From an uncultured Actinomycetota bacterium (lineage in GTDB: Bacteria; Actinomycetota; Actinomycetes; JAHEKZ01): DNA of 64,000 bases. Location: contig CAVQYR010000002.1 in NCBI GenBank assembly GCA_963718235.1, forward strand, positions 608,001 to 672,000, written 5' to 3'. Below are positions 60,800 to 64,000 of the stretch, piece after piece (within the stretch, counting starts at the first letter, position 1; the number at the start of each line of letters is the position of its first letter). The translations under genes and the position numbers were made by a program. A model generated the notes under the pieces. That model made no database searches. It saw nothing but the letters and a program-made list of their open reading frames with translations, and had not been told where the DNA came from.

Positions 60800-61486
60800 A
60801 TGCGCCGGCTCGACTGCTCCACCCTCGACGGCCGTGACTCCGTGCTGGCTCTGGCCGCCGGTGCGCTGCGCCGGCACCAGCTGGTGGTGTTCCCGACCGA
60901 CACGATGTACGCGGTGGCGTGCGACGCCTTCTCCGAGACCGGTGTCGAGGCGCTGAACGAGGCCAAGGGGCGTCTGTCGTCCGTGCCGCTGCCGGTGATG
61001 ATCGGGTCGATGCGCGCGCTCGACGGGATCGTGACCGGCCTGAGCCCGAACGCCCGCGACCTGCTCCGTGGGTTCTGGCCAGGACCCCTGACGGCCGTGT
61101 GCCGCGCCCAGCCCAGCCTGAGGTGGGACCTCGGAGGAGACGACCCCGTGGGGGCGCAGCGGGTGGCGGTCCGGATGCCGCTCCACCCCTTGGCCCTGGG
61201 CCTGCTGGGCGACGTCGGCCCACTGGCCGTGATCGGGGCCAACCGGGTGGGCGAGCCGATCCCGGTCGACTGCGACGCGGCGGTCGACCAGCTCGGTGAC
61301 GCCGTGTCGGTCTACCTCGACGCCGGTGCGTGTCCAGCGGGGGCGTCGTCGAGCGTCGTCGACCTCACTGGCACGCCTCCCACCCTGCTTCGCGCCGGTG
61401 CCCTGACGCTCGAGGTGCTCCACGAGGTCATGCCGGACCTCGTCGACCCTTCCGCCGAACCGGGGCAGGCGGCAGGCGGCCCGTGA
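60800..61486 (+). CDS. tsaC: L-threonylcarbamoyladenylate synthase (TsaC/Sua5 YrdC domain)
   Basis: VFPTDTMY, AKGR, FWPGPLT, AVRMP, SSVVDL, LLRAGAL. Confidence 0.88.
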   Translation: MRRLDCSTLDGRDSVLALAAGALRRHQLVVFPTDTMYAVACDAFSETGVEALNEAKGRLSSVPLPVMIGSMRALDGIVTGLSPNARDLLRGFWPGPLTAVCRAQPSLRWDLGGDDPVGAQRVAVRMPLHPLALGLLGDVGPLAVIGANRVGEPIPVDCDAAVDQLGDAVSVYLDAGACPAGASSSVVDLTGTPPTLLRAGALTLEVLHEVMPDLVDPSAEPGQAAGGP

Positions 61487-62049
61487 GCACCTTCTCCCTG
61501 CTGTACGTCTGCACGGGCAACATCTGCCGCTCACCGATGGCCGAGCGGGTCACCAGGCAGCGGCTGCGCAAACAGCTCGACCCGATCGTGGTCGCCAGCT
61601 CCGGGACCTGGGCGCAAGCCGGCTCGCCGATGACGCCGTTCGCGGCCGCGGCGCTGCGCGAGCACGGAGCCGACCCGGAGGGGTTCACCGCCCGAGCGCT
61701 CACGGCCGACCAGGTCGCCGCGGCCGACCTGGTCCTGACGGCGACCGTCGAGCACCGCGCGGCGGTGGTCGGCCTCGTCCCCTCCGCAGTGCGGCGGACC
61801 TTCACCCTGCTGGAGTTCGCCCGGCTCGTCTCGCCCGGCCCTCGAGGTGATGTGGCTACGGATACGGTCGAACGGGCGCGGGCGCTGGTTGCGGAGACAC
61901 TCGTTCGGCGAGGAGTGGACCCGCACGGCGCGCCGGGCGCCGACGACCTCGATGACCCCTACGGCGCCCCGATCCGGGTCTACCGTGAGAGGCTGCGAGA
62001 GATCGCCGCAGCGGTCGACCAGGTCGTGGCCGCGCTTGTCCCGTCGTGA
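61483..62049 (+). CDS. Low molecular weight protein phosphatase
   Basis: [13 protein letters not shown] (CX5R) and DPYG. Confidence 0.9.
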   Translation: MSTFSLLYVCTGNICRSPMAERVTRQRLRKQLDPIVVASSGTWAQAGSPMTPFAAAALREHGADPEGFTARALTADQVAAADLVLTATVEHRAAVVGLVPSAVRRTFTLLEFARLVSPGPRGDVATDTVERARALVAETLVRRGVDPHGAPGADDLDDPYGAPIRVYRERLREIAAAVDQVVAALVPS

Positions 62050-62072
62050 CGCCTTCCTCCAAGGAGATCGCC

Positions 62073-63380
62073 GTGCCAAACCCGACGCCCATGCCCTACT
62101 GGGGTCCCGACTTCGGGGCCCTGCAGTCGGAGGACCCCGAGATCGCCGCTGTGCTCCTCGACGAGCTCGACCGGCTCCGGGGCGGACTCCAGCTCATTGC
62201 CAGCGAGAACTTCACGTCCCCTGCGGTCCTGGCGGCCACCGGCTCGACGCTGTCGAACAAGTACGCGGAGGGCTACGCGGGACGCCGCTACTACGGCGGG
62301 TGTGCTGAGGTCGACATCGCCGAGGAGATCGGGATCGCCCGGGCCAAGGAGCTGTTCGGGGCGGAGCACGCCAACCTCCAGCCGCACTCCGGGGCCTCGG
62401 CGAACCTCGCGGTGTATGCCGCCCTGCTCGAGCCCGGCGACACGGTGCTGGCCATGGACCTCAAGCACGGAGGTCACCTCACCCACGGTTCGCCGGTGAA
62501 CTTCTCGGGCAAGTGGTTCAAGCCGGTGTCGTACGGCGTGGACGCGGAGACCGAGCTCATCGACTACGACCACCTGCGTGACCAGGCTCGGGAGCACCGG
62601 CCGAAGATGATCATCGCGGGGGCCACGGCCTACCCACGACTCATCGACTTCGCGGCCTTCCGCGAGATCGCTGACGAGGTCGGCGCCTGGCTGATGGTCG
62701 ATGCCGCCCACTTCATCGGGCTGGTGGCGGGCAAGGCGATCCCGTCGCCGGTCCCCTACGCGGACGTCGTGTCGTTCACCACGCACAAGGTGCTCCGCGG
62801 ACCGCGTGGTGGCATGGTCCTGTGCCGCGAGGAGCTGGCCCAGCGGATCGACAAGGCGGTGTTCCCGTTCCTGCAGGGCGGGCCCCTCATGCATGTGGTC
62901 GCGGCCAAGGCGGTGGCCCTGAAGGAGGCGGCGTCGCCGGCCTACCAGACCTACGCACGCCAGGTGATCGCCAACGCCCAGTCGTTGGTCCAGGGCCTGG
63001 CGGCCGAGGGCATGCGACCGGTGTCGGGCGGCACCGACACCCACCTGGCCCTGATCGACCTCCGCGGTGTCGGCGTCACGGGGCGCGACGCGGAGCTGCG
63101 CTGCGACGCTGCCCGGATCACCTTGAACAAGAACGCGATCCCGTTCGACCCCGAGAAGCCCATGGTGGCGTCGGGGGTGCGGGTCGGGACGCCGTCGGTC
63201 ACCACCCAGGGCATGGTCGAGCCGCAGATGAAGGAGGTGGCCGGGCTGATCGGGCGCGCCGTCACCGCCGACCTGGACACCGAGGTCGGCCGAGCCACGG
63301 TTCGCGAGGTGGCCACGGCGGTGACCTCGCTGGTCGAGCAGTACCCGGCCTACCCGACGCCCGCCGGCTGGCCCGGCTGA
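62073..63380 (+). CDS. glyA: Serine hydroxymethyltransferase
   Basis: [39 protein letters not shown]; AAGGAG RBS before GTG 62073. Confidence 0.96.
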   Translation: MPNPTPMPYWGPDFGALQSEDPEIAAVLLDELDRLRGGLQLIASENFTSPAVLAATGSTLSNKYAEGYAGRRYYGGCAEVDIAEEIGIARAKELFGAEHANLQPHSGASANLAVYAALLEPGDTVLAMDLKHGGHLTHGSPVNFSGKWFKPVSYGVDAETELIDYDHLRDQAREHRPKMIIAGATAYPRLIDFAAFREIADEVGAWLMVDAAHFIGLVAGKAIPSPVPYADVVSFTTHKVLRGPRGGMVLCREELAQRIDKAVFPFLQGGPLMHVVAAKAVALKEAASPAYQTYARQVIANAQSLVQGLAAEGMRPVSGGTDTHLALIDLRGVGVTGRDAELRCDAARITLNKNAIPFDPEKPMVASGVRVGTPSVTTQGMVEPQMKEVAGLIGRAVTADLDTEVGRATVREVATAVTSLVEQYPAYPTPAGWPG

Positions 63381-63399
63381 CCAGGCTGACCCAAGCCTC

Positions 63400-64000
63400 G
63401 TGCGCGAGTACCTCCTCGTCCTCCTCACCGCCGCCGCACTGACCTACGTGTCCGTGCCGGTGGTGCGGTGGTGGGCGGTCCGGCACAACGTGATGGCCGA
63501 CATCCGCGACCGTGACGTCCACGACAGCCCGATCCCGCGCCTCGGGGGCCTGGCCATGTTCGTCGGGTTCGCCGGCGGCCTGCTGCTGGCCAGCAAGCTG
63601 CCCCTGCTGAGTGGGGTCTTCGCCGAGTCTCGCGACGCGGTGGCGGTGCTCAGTGGTGCCACCCTGATCGTGCTGCTCGGCGCGGCCGATGACATCTGGG
63701 GTCTCGACGCGCTCACCAAGCTCGCCGGGCAGGTGCTGGCAGCGGGGGTCATGGTCGTGCAAGGGGTCCAGCTGCTCTGGCTCCCCTTCGGTGGGGTCAC
63801 CGTGCTCGACTTCCAGACGAGCGTCATCGTCACCGTGCTGGTGGTGGTCGTCACGGTCAACGCGATCAACTTCATCGACGGCCTGGACGGGCTGGCCGCC
63901 GGAATCGTGGGAATCGGCTCGCTGGCCTTCTTCGCCTTCTCGTACTTCCTGTCGGTCACCAATGGCATCGACCGCGCCACGACGGCCGCCCTGCTGACCG
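63400..64000 (+). CDS. wecA: Undecaprenyl/decaprenyl-phosphate GlcNAc-1-phosphate transferase (WecA/Rfe, MraY family), 3' truncated by window
   Basis: MREYLLV..., RDRDVHDSPIPRLGG, GAADDIW, NAINFIDGLDGLAAG; absent from the ORF track because no stop falls in the window. Confidence 0.9.
   Translation, partial: MREYLLVLLTAAALTYVSVPVVRWWAVRHNVMADIRDRDVHDSPIPRLGGLAMFVGFAGGLLLASKLPLLSGVFAESRDAVAVLSGATLIVLLGAADDIWGLDALTKLAGQVLAAGVMVVQGVQLLWLPFGGVTVLDFQTSVIVTVLVVVVTVNAINFIDGLDGLAAGIVGIGSLAFFAFSYFLSVTNGIDRATTAALLT

Overview
Very GC-rich, densely coding chromosomal DNA from an actinobacterium (Actinomycetota). The right end (48.7-64 kb) is the conserved actinobacterial core block: response regulator, argS, lysA-hom-thrC-thrB, rho, rpmE-prfA-prmC-tsaC/sua5-LMW phosphatase-glyA-wecA/rfe (partial). 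tRNA-Arg(CCG) sits at 33 kb. The remainder is mixed core and accessory genes: gltA, sbcDC, mmuM, ppk2, a P-type ATPase, decarboxylases, hydrolases, GNATs and a DUF222-HNH element. I found no CRISPR array, rRNA, integrase or IS transposase. Five genes (argS, lysA, rho, a PLP decarboxylase, an amidase) carry single-base frameshifts, most likely assembly indels. Best leads: (1) an apbE flavin-transferase operon preceded by two small exported low-complexity proteins ending in [ST]GA[ST] flavinylation motifs (DTSTGAS; TGASGAT); (2) a dsRBD-less protein with two tandem RNase III domains, one intact and one degenerate, translationally coupled to sbcDC; (3) a P2-like ATPase that has lost the membrane carboxylates that bind cations; (4) a (QQQT)n tandem repeat in the Rho N-terminal insertion; (5) a PafBC-type DNA-damage promoter upstream of the DUF222-HNH gene. 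All calls come from reading motifs by eye; no searches were run.
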